Source of the DNA: Breznakia sp. PF5-3
Lineage (GTDB): Bacteria; Bacillota_I; Bacilli_A; Erysipelotrichales; Erysipelotrichaceae
Reading direction: 5' to 3'
Length of the DNA: 32,000 nt
Assembly (NCBI RefSeq): GCF_029504745.1
Contig: NZ_JAQFIQ010000010.1
Location: 1 to 32,000, forward strand
Part shown: piece by piece, positions 8,082 to 16,423 of the stretch
Layout of the letters: every line of letters begins with the position of its first letter
How positions within the stretch are numbered: the stretch's first letter is position 1
The notes under the pieces: generated by a model
Database searches by the model: none
What the model was told of the DNA's origin: nothing
Seen by the model: only the letters and a program-made list of their open reading frames with translations
Position numbers and translations under genes: made by a program

Positions 8082-8111
8082 ATTATATAGAATCCCGTAC
8101 ATAAAGTCCAA
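8082..8111 (-). promoter_or_regulatory. Candidate sigma-A promoter of the ade/ant(6)/cof gene string
   Basis: On the minus strand: TTGGAC (8111-8106), an 18-nt spacer, then TATAAT (8087-8082). Confidence 0.4.
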
Positions 8112-8250
8112 AACTTATCGCTTAAATTATGAAATCAGAAACTAATCAATTTTTTCTTATAAAATCTTTATACATTCAAAACTAATATATACATATCTAG
8201 ATAAATACTAGTAATATTCATCACATAATTAACAATTACCACAAATTCGT

Positions 8251-8279
8251 TTGACGCAATAACATATATAAATTATAAT
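8251..8279 (+). promoter_or_regulatory. marR-family gene sigma-A promoter
   Basis: TTGACG (8251-8256), an exactly 17-nt spacer, then TATAAT (8274-8279). The SD GGAGGGA and ATG 8317 lie downstream. Confidence 0.6.
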
Positions 8280-8316
8280 TAATTCTATAAACATATAATA
8301 TGGAGGGACCAGTATT

Positions 8317-8745
8317 ATGAATTGGGAATTAATAAAAAAATCCGAAAAGTTAAGAGCGGATATGCAAAGTGCAGGCATGGTCATCATGCAACCGTTTTAC
8401 GAAAAACACGGGATGAATTATTTAAAGTTAGCAATAATATCAGAAGCTGAAGAAAATGATAACTTAACTTTAAATGCCCTTTCTCGCTCAGTTAGCAAAG
8501 CTACCGCTAACATGTCTGTCGTGGTAACACATTTAGTAAATGATGGATATTTAAAAAAAGTACCATCTGCTTATGATGGTAGGGTAACATATATCCAACT
8601 TACTAAAAAAGGGAAAAAGCTTTTAGAGGCAAGTCATGACTATGTTGTGGAAAAATATAGTGACATCATGGACGGGGATAAAGAATTACAGGACTTGATT
8701 GAAGCTTCAGAAGCTTATTTAGCTAAAATTGCACCTTACAGATAA
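8317..8745 (+). CDS. MarR family transcriptional regulator
   Basis: At 142 aa it has the winged-HTH pattern ..LTLNALSRSVSKATANMSVVVTHLVNDGYLKKVPSAYDGRVTYIQLTKKGKKLL.., typical of MarR. Confidence 0.85.
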   Translation: MNWELIKKSEKLRADMQSAGMVIMQPFYEKHGMNYLKLAIISEAEENDNLTLNALSRSVSKATANMSVVVTHLVNDGYLKKVPSAYDGRVTYIQLTKKGKKLLEASHDYVVEKYSDIMDGDKELQDLIEASEAYLAKIAPYR

Positions 8746-8773
8746 AAACTATACCCAAAAGGGTATAGTTTTT
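8744..8773. terminator. Bidirectional rho-independent terminator shared by marR and the convergent P-type ATPase gene
   Basis: AAAAACTATACCC (8744-8756), loop AAAA, then GGGTATAGTTTTT (8761-8773). The stem is a perfect 13 bp and includes the A/T runs. Confidence 0.75.
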
Positions 8774-8811
8774 ATCTCTATGCCATTCTTGATTCAATGT
8801 TTCATAAACCA

Positions 8812-11151
8812 CTATCCGCGTTCATCTTCCTGTAATTCATACATAGGTTTTGGTTCGATATATTGAAACAATATCCATGATAGCAGCGAACAAATCATTA
8901 ATATCATGATAATAAAGAACGTGTTAGGGTTACTCCATGATAATCCTAATATTGAATCAAAAATAAATAATGATGAACAAAATAATATACTAACACTTAT
9001 AAAAAGAAAGAAGCGTAATGTATTAAATGGCAAACACGCCTTTAATACAGCAAGGATACTTATAAACCCTACCATTACAAACATAATTGTTACTACTTCA
9101 TCTTGTGTAATAACAAAGATTCTTTCCAATAACAAAACTGCGATAATATTTAAAATGATAATAATTGCATTTGGTAATGCTTTTCGTAATGCTGTTTTTA
9201 AATAGCTTCCTTCAAGTTTCGTTTTATCTTCCTCAAAGGATAGAAAGAACGATGGATATCCTTCAATTATAAGATCAATCAACGTAATTTGTAGAGGAAT
9301 AAACGGAAACGGCATATTCATAAGGATACAAAGAACACTCAATAATACCGAATAAATTGTTTTAATAAAGAAAATGGATGAAACTTTAGTAATATTATTA
9401 ATCGTTCTTCTACCTTCTGATAACACATTTATTAAACTTGAAAAATCTGAATCCAAAAGCACCAACTGAGATATTTGTTTTGCTGCAGCGCTTCCTTCTG
9501 CCATGGCAATACTACAATCTGCCTCACGAAGTGCCAATACATCATTTACCCCATCTCCACTCATAGCTACCGTATGACCATATTGTTGGAAAGCTTTCAC
9601 TAAAATTTGTTTCTGCTTTGGACTAACACGACCAAAAACAGAATACGAAAAAGCTAACTCATACAGTTTTTCTTCTGAAGTAACCTCAGATAAATCAACA
9701 TAGTTTGCGTAATCTTCAAGACCAGCTTTTCGTGCCACATTCGATACAGTAATTGGATTATCACCAGAAATAACTTTTACCTGAACACCTTCTTTTTTAA
9801 AGTACGCAAACGTTGCTGGAGCATTGTTACGTATCGGATCTTCTAATTCAATCATCCCAACAATATCTAATTCAGGAAGTGTAGAAGTAACCTTTTTGGA
9901 CGTATGTGCTACCAACAATACCCTTGCTCCATTTTTCTGTGCTTCCCATACTACTTCTGGAATATCATCTTTTTTTACCATCCATTCAGGAGCTCCAACA
10001 ACAATACTACCCAACTCATCAAAAATTACACAGCCCCACTTTCGCTGTGATGTAAATGGGATTTTACTTTCAATAAAATAGTTCATCTTAACCGCTTTAA
10101 AATAATTTCTCATCGCTGTATAAGTTGCATTGTTATCATCAACTGCCTGTATATAATACGACATCAGATCTGTAACATCTTTATCCCCAAAAGAATGCAC
10201 TTTGGTTACTTTCATATTTCCTTCTGTAATGGTCCCTGTTTTATCCAAACACAAAACATCCACATGTGCAAAAGTTTCCATAGAATGCATATCTTGTACC
10301 AAAACCTTTTTCTTTGACAACTTAATAACCCCTGTTGCTGATGCAATCCCAATAAGCAAAACCAGTCCCTTCGGCAACATTCCTAAAAGGGCTGCAGCCG
10401 TATTCACAACTGCATCAAAGATACTACTATCACGCAAAAAATAAGCTTGTAGAAATAAGATAATACCAAAAGGAATAATTACATAGCTAGTAAATTTCGA
10501 TATCTTTGCAATTGCACCAATCAATTCTGATTGTGTTCGTTTATGCTGTTTCACTTCTGATACAATTTTAGAAGAAAAGCTATCTTTTCCCACGCGTTCA
10601 ATTCGTGCATATGCTTTTCCTCCAACAACAAAACTACCAGAATAGAGAAAATCACCTTTCTTCTTAACAATAACATCAGATTCCCCAGTTAATAGTGATT
10701 CATTTACTTCAATTTCATCTTCGATAACATATGCATCTGCACTTATTTGATCTCCCATTTTCAAAATTACAATATCATCTTGTACCAAATTTTCTATCCT
10801 AAGATCTTGTATTTTTGAATCTCTAACCACACTTACTTTTTCAATCGTAATAATTGATAATTTCTCCACTAATCGCTTTGCTTGAATCTCTTGAACAATT
10901 CCAATCAAAATGTTAATCAAAATTACTATAAGATAAAACATATTAGAAAAAGCCCCAACCGTAGCTAAGGCAATTCCAATTAGAATATTTAATAGATTAA
11001 ACAATGTAAAAACATTATCTTTTACAATGTCTACCGTTGATTTTGTAACTTTTTGTTGTGCTACATTAACAAGCCCTACTTGTACTTTTTGTTGCACTTC
11101 TTGATTTGTTAATCCTGTCTTATATGTTGCATAAATACGCTTATCTTTCAT
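8812..11151 (-). CDS. Cation-translocating P-type ATPase (HAD-IC, E1-E2 type; ion specificity not assignable)
   Basis: It has the phosphorylation motif DKTGTITEG, the TGES actuator motif (LTGESD), the hinge SGDGVNDVLALREADCSIAM, and about 10 TM segments. There is no N-terminal metal-binding domain and no CPC motif. The start was moved to the ATG at 11151 (MKDKRIY..), after the SD AAGGTGAAGG. Confidence 0.9.
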   Translation of the reverse strand: MKDKRIYATYKTGLTNQEVQQKVQVGLVNVAQQKVTKSTVDIVKDNVFTLFNLLNILIGIALATVGAFSNMFYLIVILINILIGIVQEIQAKRLVEKLSIITIEKVSVVRDSKIQDLRIENLVQDDIVILKMGDQISADAYVIEDEIEVNESLLTGESDVIVKKKGDFLYSGSFVVGGKAYARIERVGKDSFSSKIVSEVKQHKRTQSELIGAIAKISKFTSYVIIPFGIILFLQAYFLRDSSIFDAVVNTAAALLGMLPKGLVLLIGIASATGVIKLSKKKVLVQDMHSMETFAHVDVLCLDKTGTITEGNMKVTKVHSFGDKDVTDLMSYYIQAVDDNNATYTAMRNYFKAVKMNYFIESKIPFTSQRKWGCVIFDELGSIVVGAPEWMVKKDDIPEVVWEAQKNGARVLLVAHTSKKVTSTLPELDIVGMIELEDPIRNNAPATFAYFKKEGVQVKVISGDNPITVSNVARKAGLEDYANYVDLSEVTSEEKLYELAFSYSVFGRVSPKQKQILVKAFQQYGHTVAMSGDGVNDVLALREADCSIAMAEGSAAAKQISQLVLLDSDFSSLINVLSEGRRTINNITKVSSIFFIKTIYSVLLSVLCILMNMPFPFIPLQITLIDLIIEGYPSFFLSFEEDKTKLEGSYLKTALRKALPNAIIIILNIIAVLLLERIFVITQDEVVTIMFVMVGFISILAVLKACLPFNTLRFFLFISVSILFCSSLFIFDSILGLSWSNPNTFFIIMILMICSLLSWILFQYIEPKPMYELQEDERG

Positions 11152-11258
11152 TGCTACCTTCACCTTTTACTCATTCTATAAGATATAGATATAAAGAACA
11201 ATATAGATAAGGTTAATATTCTGTTAAGTTTTTTTAATCTTTCAATTTTAAATATAAT

Positions 11259-11687
11259 CTATGAATTAAATTCATCATCTTCATCATCTATTGAAAGTGG
11301 GTTAAACATTCCAATTTGTTCTATTCCTGTCTGCGAAGCATTCGCTTCAATCTCACTAGCTGAAGCGCCCATTCCACGTTTTACAATTACTTCTAATAAC
11401 ATCCCCAAATTTACCCCATAGAATACTTTAATTCGTTGATCTTTCATAGCTTCCATAATTGCGGTATTAAATGGTGAACCACTCAACAAATCAGCAAACA
11501 CCAAGATGTTATCTTCATCCCTAAATACTTCAATACCTTGTTTTATATTTTTTTCTAATTCTGTCGCCGTATCCGTTTGTGAAAAATCAATATACTGAAT
11601 CTTTTCTTGCTTTCCTGCAATTACTTCAATTGCACTTTTCATACCACTGGGAAAATTACCATGGCCAATTACCATAATCCCAAACAT
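11259..11687 (-). CDS. PTS mannose/fructose/sorbose-family EIIA component
   Basis: The N-terminus MFGIMVIGHGNFPSGM.. carries the EIIA-Man phosphohistidine loop. Its start overlaps the upstream stop (TAATG), and the SD AAGGGGGA precedes it. Confidence 0.85.
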   Translation of the reverse strand: MFGIMVIGHGNFPSGMKSAIEVIAGKQEKIQYIDFSQTDTATELEKNIKQGIEVFRDEDNILVFADLLSGSPFNTAIMEAMKDQRIKVFYGVNLGMLLEVIVKRGMGASASEIEANASQTGIEQIGMFNPLSIDDEDDEFNS

Positions 11688-12340
11688 TACATAAGTCCCC
11701 CTTTTCGTTGATCTACAATATCAAATATTTCTTTTAAATTTGTAATTTGATAATCTGCAGAACTTGTATCATGTTCTAATATTGGATCTAACAATGCGAT
11801 AACTTCCAAATCAGCTGCTTTTCCTGCTTGAATTCCATATACCGAATCTTCAATGACCAAAACCTCTTGTTTATCCGCATGCAATGCTTGCACTGTAAAT
11901 TCATATATTTCAGGATCCGGTTTCGTTCTTTCAAAATTATCACCACTAACAATAACAGAAAAATATTCTCTTATATTACATGCATCAAGAACCTCATAGA
12001 TATTATCAATAGGTGAAGAAGAAGCTAATGCCAAAGTAATCTTTCTAGCTTTCAGCTCCTGTAACACCTCATTCACATATGGACGCTTAATCAAATTATA
12101 ATCAATTGGATAACGACTATAAAATTCATGTTTTAGACGATTTGTTGTTTTCGCATCTTGTTTTATAAGCTCTGCCAAATATCTGTCTTCTGTTGCACGA
12201 CTAGAACCTGCAAGAAAATGGAGTTCATCCATTGTTTTATGGACTCCATTTTCTTTTAGAAACATTTGAAACAAATTCAAATATGCAATTTCACTATTGA
12301 TTAAAACACCATCCATATCAAATATTATATATCGAATCAT
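11687..12340 (-). CDS. HAD-IA family hydrolase (beta-phosphoglucomutase/sugar-phosphatase-like)
   Basis: IIFDMDGVLINSE is HAD motif I. ..LALASSS.. and ..VLVIEDSVYGIQAGKAA.. are also present. An ATGA overlap links it to the upstream SIS gene. Confidence 0.8.
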   Translation of the reverse strand: MIRYIIFDMDGVLINSEIAYLNLFQMFLKENGVHKTMDELHFLAGSSRATEDRYLAELIKQDAKTTNRLKHEFYSRYPIDYNLIKRPYVNEVLQELKARKITLALASSSPIDNIYEVLDACNIREYFSVIVSGDNFERTKPDPEIYEFTVQALHADKQEVLVIEDSVYGIQAGKAADLEVIALLDPILEHDTSSADYQITNLKEIFDIVDQRKGGLM

Positions 12341-13422
12341 TCTTCTAAATGTGCCAAAGGTTCTTTAAATGGATTCACACCTGTATCAATACCAATATCC
12401 TTTGCTCCTTTTGCGGCAACAAATTGGAATGGTACGGTATACATAAGCGGAGCAAGATATTTATTTGTTTTTACACTAAATACTAAGTCTCTATCATCAT
12501 GTTCTGTATCTTTACATGTAACCAAATGTACACGATCTGTATACTTCTTAAAGGCTGTTCTAAAGGTTAACATACGATCCCATTCAGCATCCTCTGAACC
12601 AATCATAAATAATGTTTGACGTGGTGTCAGTGCCATGGTTGGTCCATGTGAAAATTCTTCAAGTTCATAACCAATTGAAGGCAATCTAAACATTTCTCCA
12701 ATCTTAAGCATCCCTTCCAACACCGTTCCATAGTCAACACCATACCCAATAATGTAAATACGATCACTATTTGCCATTGTAACTTTATTGCGATCATACC
12801 AAGCTTCACTTTCCTTCATAACTATATCAAAGTTGTCACATAACGCTTTTACTTCTTGAAGTGCTTCTTGATACCTCACTTCATCATAAACACCCCAATC
12901 ATATGCTGTCGTAATCACCCACATATACAATGTAAATAAAGTAACTGTATATCCTCTTGTTTCAGGAGGTGTCTCTTCCTTTCCACATAACAAGTGAATA
13001 ACACTATCTACATGTTTTGTAATTTCACTGTCCAATGCTTCTGTTAATGCAACACTTTGATATCCTTTTGCCTTCGCATACTTCATCACATCCACTGTAG
13101 ATATCGAAGTTCCAGATTGTGAAATACCCACAAATAAAATTTCATCATCTTTTAACGTATTTGTCCAATCCGCTTTTTCATATTTTTCAAATACAGTAGG
13201 ATATTGTGCAATTGCATCAATATTCAAAATTTGTTTAAAATAATATGCTGCAACAATTGCTGCATTATATGAAGTTCCTGACCCAAAGAAAATAATTTTT
13301 TTAATTTTCTTATCGTGTAACTTCTCTACAAATGGTTTGGTATACACTTCATGATTTTTTAAAGCTTCTTGTAATGCTCTTGGCTGATCTGCCATATATC
13401 CTAATACTGTTGGTTGTTTCAT
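12337..13422 (-). CDS. Double-SIS-domain sugar-phosphate isomerase/deaminase/deglycase (AgaS / GlmS-C-terminal / FrlB-GfrF-like)
   Basis: The first SIS domain shows ..IIFFGSGTSYNAA.. and ..GISQSGTSISTV... A second SIS-like half follows (..IYIIGYGVDYGT..EG.LK..E). The start was moved to the ATG at 13422 (MKQPTVL..), after the SD GGGAGGA. Confidence 0.8.
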   Translation of the reverse strand: MKQPTVLGYMADQPRALQEALKNHEVYTKPFVEKLHDKKIKKIIFFGSGTSYNAAIVAAYYFKQILNIDAIAQYPTVFEKYEKADWTNTLKDDEILFVGISQSGTSISTVDVMKYAKAKGYQSVALTEALDSEITKHVDSVIHLLCGKEETPPETRGYTVTLFTLYMWVITTAYDWGVYDEVRYQEALQEVKALCDNFDIVMKESEAWYDRNKVTMANSDRIYIIGYGVDYGTVLEGMLKIGEMFRLPSIGYELEEFSHGPTMALTPRQTLFMIGSEDAEWDRMLTFRTAFKKYTDRVHLVTCKDTEHDDRDLVFSVKTNKYLAPLMYTVPFQFVAAKGAKDIGIDTGVNPFKEPLAHLEE

Positions 13423-13436
13423 AAATTTTCCTCCCA

Positions 13437-13913
13437 TTATTTAAAATCTGCTGTAATATCTTCTCTTTGTTCATTTGGAACCATTTGTGAGAAGATCTTC
13501 ACCCCATGTTTAACTAATGAAGCAAAATCTTTTTCTTCTGCTTCATCTACAAAGACCGTTTTCTTTATTTGTTTAGCTTTGTCTTTCGTTGACATATTAC
13601 CAACGGTCACTTCACCAATTTGATATCCTGCTTCAACCATTTTTAATATTGGCTCAGGACGATTACATAAAATCATCACATTGATTCCCTTATCAATTTT
13701 ACGAATAAATTTATCAGCTGCTGCCTCTGGTGAAAAAATGGATAACTTTACTTTTCCTGGACACCCAAATTTCAATGCTGTTTTTCTTGCCTCATCGTGA
13801 ACGATCACATCATCAACAATTGCTATCCGCTCTACACTAAAATGCGGTATCCAAAATCCACAAACTTGTCCATGAATCAATCGATCATCTATTCTAACAT
13901 CTACAATTGCCAT
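13437..13913 (-). CDS. PTS mannose-family EIIB component
   Basis: The N-terminus VRIDDRLIHGQV is the EIIB-Man signature with the phosphorylatable His. The SD GAGAGGAG is upstream. Confidence 0.9.
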   Translation of the reverse strand: MAIVDVRIDDRLIHGQVCGFWIPHFSVERIAIVDDVIVHDEARKTALKFGCPGKVKLSIFSPEAAADKFIRKIDKGINVMILCNRPEPILKMVEAGYQIGEVTVGNMSTKDKAKQIKKTVFVDEAEEKDFASLVKHGVKIFSQMVPNEQREDITADFK

Positions 13914-13928
13914 GCTAATAGCTCCTCT

Positions 13929-14759
13929 CTACAAAATTCCACATACTCCACATATGAATCCAATAATTACAATTCCAACAATGATATTTACAATTTTTAC
14001 TTTCTTCTTTAAACATCCATAAATACCCAATGTGGCAACAAGTGGTAACAATTTTGGAACTACTTGATCTAAATATTCTTGAATTACGATTTCACTTCCT
14101 GAAATCGTAAAGCTAAGTGGTGATGAAATATCAACCCATGATGCAATCATACATCCTACTGATGCGACTCCAACGATACCTGCACAATATGTAAATAATT
14201 CCATTTTTCCAGATGACTCTAAATCTTGTAGTAAGCTGCTTCCATTTTTGTATCCTACTCGCAACCCAAACCATCTTGTTAGAAAGTTAGGAATATTAAA
14301 TAATACAAGTAATACAAACGGTGCTAATACATTTCCATCCTGTGCAAAAGAAACAGCAATAGCACATGCAATAATTCTAAAAATCCCCCAGAAAAAAGTG
14401 TCTCCTATTCCAGATAAGGGTCCCATTAATGCAACTTTAATCGCATTGATTGATGTTACATCAAAGTCTTTATCTTTTTTTGCTAACTCTTCCATTGCTA
14501 TCGAAATTCCCATAACAAATGGTGCTGGTGCTACTGTCATATTAAAAGCTGCTATATGACGATGCATAGATTCTTTTAATCCCTTTTCATCATCTTTGTA
14601 TATCTTCTTTAAGACTGGCATCAATGCATAAAGGTATCCCAACCCTTCCATACGTTCATAGTTAAATGAACCAAGTAGTGTGAAAGATCTCCAAAATACA
14701 CCTCTAAAATCTTTTTTTGTTAAGTTATTTTCTGCACTTATTATTTCATTTCTAGCCAT
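13929..14759 (-). CDS. PTS mannose-family EIID component
   Basis: ..LTKKDFRGVFWRSFTLLGSFNYERMEGLGYLYAL.. is the typical ManZ/EIID N-terminus. The start was moved to the ATG at 14759 (MARNEII..), 8-9 nt after the SD GGGAGGA, instead of the overlapping ATG at 14780. Confidence 0.9.
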   Translation of the reverse strand: MARNEIISAENNLTKKDFRGVFWRSFTLLGSFNYERMEGLGYLYALMPVLKKIYKDDEKGLKESMHRHIAAFNMTVAPAPFVMGISIAMEELAKKDKDFDVTSINAIKVALMGPLSGIGDTFFWGIFRIIACAIAVSFAQDGNVLAPFVLLVLFNIPNFLTRWFGLRVGYKNGSSLLQDLESSGKMELFTYCAGIVGVASVGCMIASWVDISSPLSFTISGSEIVIQEYLDQVVPKLLPLVATLGIYGCLKKKVKIVNIIVGIVIIGFICGVCGIL

Positions 14760-14763
14760 TTTT

Positions 14764-15543
14764 TTAATCCTCCCACTCATCTACTACAGCTTCACTTACC
14801 TGTACGACTTTTCCTGCATCTTTACGAAGCAAGAAGATAACCCATGCAATTGCAACAGCGATTGCTGCTACTGCCACCATCGTAAGTTCTGTATATGCTG
14901 CGATTACAAACCCTAAAATCAAGAATGGAATCAAATCTCTCTCCAAAATAATATTCAACAACAATGCAAATCCCAATGCTGGTAAAATTGAAGCAACGGC
15001 TGTTAATCCATTATTTGCCCATTCTGGTAAACCATTTACAATAGATTCAATGGCATCATTTCCAAAATACATAACAATGAAAGTTAATGAGAAATAGATT
15101 AAAAAAGTCATAAAGCCGCATAGATAGTGAATTGCTTTAATTGCTTTAAAGTTCAATTCATCTACTTTTCGCTCAGCTACTTGCATAAATCCTGAGAATC
15201 CCGTTAACAATAATGTATTTAAGAATTGCATAATTACAGCAACTGGTAATCCAAAGACAATTGCTGCTTCTGCTCCTTTACCAGTCATAATGGCAACGGC
15301 TGCACCAATGGTACCTCCAGTTCCAATATCCAATTGAGCAGTAGGTCCAATACCTGTTGCACCCATCCACATCATCTGCAATGCCGCACCGATTTTAAGT
15401 CCCTTTTCAACATCCCCTAAAATCAAACCTACAAAAAATCCTGTAACTACTGGTTCACGTAATTTACATTCTCCCAGCCAGCCACCTTCGAGTTGCGTTA
15501 ACGCTGCAACACAACCAATCAATACTGCTTGTAAAACACTCAT
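14764..15543 (-). CDS. PTS mannose-family EIIC component
   Basis: This polytopic membrane protein begins MSVLQAVLIGCVAALTQLEG..., typical of ManY/EIIC-Man. The SD GGGAGG is upstream. Confidence 0.9.
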   Translation of the reverse strand: MSVLQAVLIGCVAALTQLEGGWLGECKLREPVVTGFFVGLILGDVEKGLKIGAALQMMWMGATGIGPTAQLDIGTGGTIGAAVAIMTGKGAEAAIVFGLPVAVIMQFLNTLLLTGFSGFMQVAERKVDELNFKAIKAIHYLCGFMTFLIYFSLTFIVMYFGNDAIESIVNGLPEWANNGLTAVASILPALGFALLLNIILERDLIPFLILGFVIAAYTELTMVAVAAIAVAIAWVIFLLRKDAGKVVQVSEAVVDEWED

Positions 15544-15597
15544 AACATGTCCTCCCTATAATTTTACTTCAATAGGAATATCCTCCTTTCTATCCTA

Positions 15598-15668
15598 TTT
15601 GGTATAATTGGTATACCTAATATACCTTTGTATATTTTATATATACCACTATTATTTTAAAAAAACAA
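15598..15668 (-). promoter_or_regulatory. PTS operon promoter overlapped by a cluster of GGTATA/TATACC operator half-sites
   Basis: On the minus strand: TTGTTT (15668-15663), a 17-nt spacer, then an extended -10 TGgTATATA (15648-15640). On the plus strand GGTATA occurs at 15601 and 15610, the latter inside the palindrome GGTATACC (15610-15617). TATACC occurs at 15621 and 15642. The 10-mer AATTGGTATA (15606-15615) is identical to the operator arm at 17001-17010. Confidence 0.5.
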
Positions 15669-15675
15669 GACTTTT

Positions 15676-15707
15676 ATAAAAAAAGGATTAACTTTTAGTC
15701 AATCCTT
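15676..15707 (-). terminator. Rho-independent terminator at the end of the GntR gene
   Basis: The minus-strand RNA reads AAGGAUU (15707-15701), an 11-nt loop containing the stop codon, AAUCCUU (15689-15683), then a U-run whose first U's are the last bases of that arm (complement of the A7 run at 15678-15684). Confidence 0.6.
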
Positions 15708-16423
15708 CGCGTTATATATTTAAATGAAGTATACTCTGGTAAGTGATAAGAAATCGTATACTCTACTAATTTATGATTCTCATCAAACCCAAAATAATCA
15801 AATAAGAAGACATTTTTTTGCTTCGATAATTTTAAAACATCTACATATTCTTTAGGTATCTTTTCAATCTTCAAATAAGAAACCATCTTATGTGGTGAAT
15901 GTCCTTGTTCCTCCATGTAATCATACAACGATTCATCAATGAAATCAAAACGTTCTGCATCATGAAATAAATTACAAGGAATATATGTTTTTTGAATAGC
16001 ATATGGTTCATCATTCACTAACGATAAACGAATTAATTCATATAATTGCTCACTATCTGGAAAATAATCTTCAAACTCTTTGGTTGATTTTATCTTTTTA
16101 AAAGATAATATTTCCCTAGATGACTTTAATCCTTTTTGACGAATTTGCATACTTAAACTTATCAAATCCGTACCTCCAAGTTCTACCTTATCTTGAATCG
16201 ATGGTACTTTCAAAACGTAAGTTCCTTTTCCTCGATAAGCCTTAATCACCCCTTCATCTTCAAGTAGTTTCAATGACTTGCGTACTGTCATTCGATTGAT
16301 TCCATACTGTGTAGACATCTCTCTTTCTGGCATCAATCGATCACCAACCTTCAACTCCCCATTCACTATTTTATTTTTTATATTATCTGCTAATTGTTCA
16401 TATAATGTAGTTGGTCTATTCAT
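15695..16423 (-). CDS. GntR family transcriptional regulator, HutC subfamily (wHTH + UTRA)
   Basis: The N-terminus ..LYEQLADNIKNKIVNGELKVGDRLMPEREMSTQYGINRMTVRKSLKLLEDEGVIKAYRGKGTYV.. is a canonical GntR wHTH. The C-terminal ~160 aa are UTRA-like. Confidence 0.9.
   Translation of the reverse strand: MNRPTTLYEQLADNIKNKIVNGELKVGDRLMPEREMSTQYGINRMTVRKSLKLLEDEGVIKAYRGKGTYVLKVPSIQDKVELGGTDLISLSMQIRQKGLKSSREILSFKKIKSTKEFEDYFPDSEQLYELIRLSLVNDEPYAIQKTYIPCNLFHDAERFDFIDESLYDYMEEQGHSPHKMVSYLKIEKIPKEYVDVLKLSKQKNVFLFDYFGFDENHKLVEYTISYHLPEYTSFKYITRRID

Noticed and set aside
8049-8111. ORF-track N-terminal extensions at 8111, 2187, 11163, 13437, 14780, 17956, 20053, 708 and 18031.
   Set aside because: In each case an internal ATG is preceded by a well-spaced GGAGG-like SD and gives the family-typical N-terminus. 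The extended start lacks an SD or overlaps a promoter or the upstream gene. I used the shorter coordinates.
8049-8250. Possible purine riboswitch upstream of the adenine deaminase gene.
   Set aside because: I read the minus-strand leader and found none of the conserved purine-riboswitch elements (the UAUAAU..GGAUAUGG, UUUCUACC and CCGUAAAU blocks). The predicted promoter also leaves only a ~30-nt leader.
15598-15668. Possible sigma-54 (-24/-12) promoter, which is common for mannose-family PTS operons.
   Set aside because: There is no TGGCA-N7-TTGC-like element. The TGGTAT words lack the -12 GC element, and no LevR-type or sigma-54 activator gene is nearby. A sigma-A extended -10 promoter fits better.
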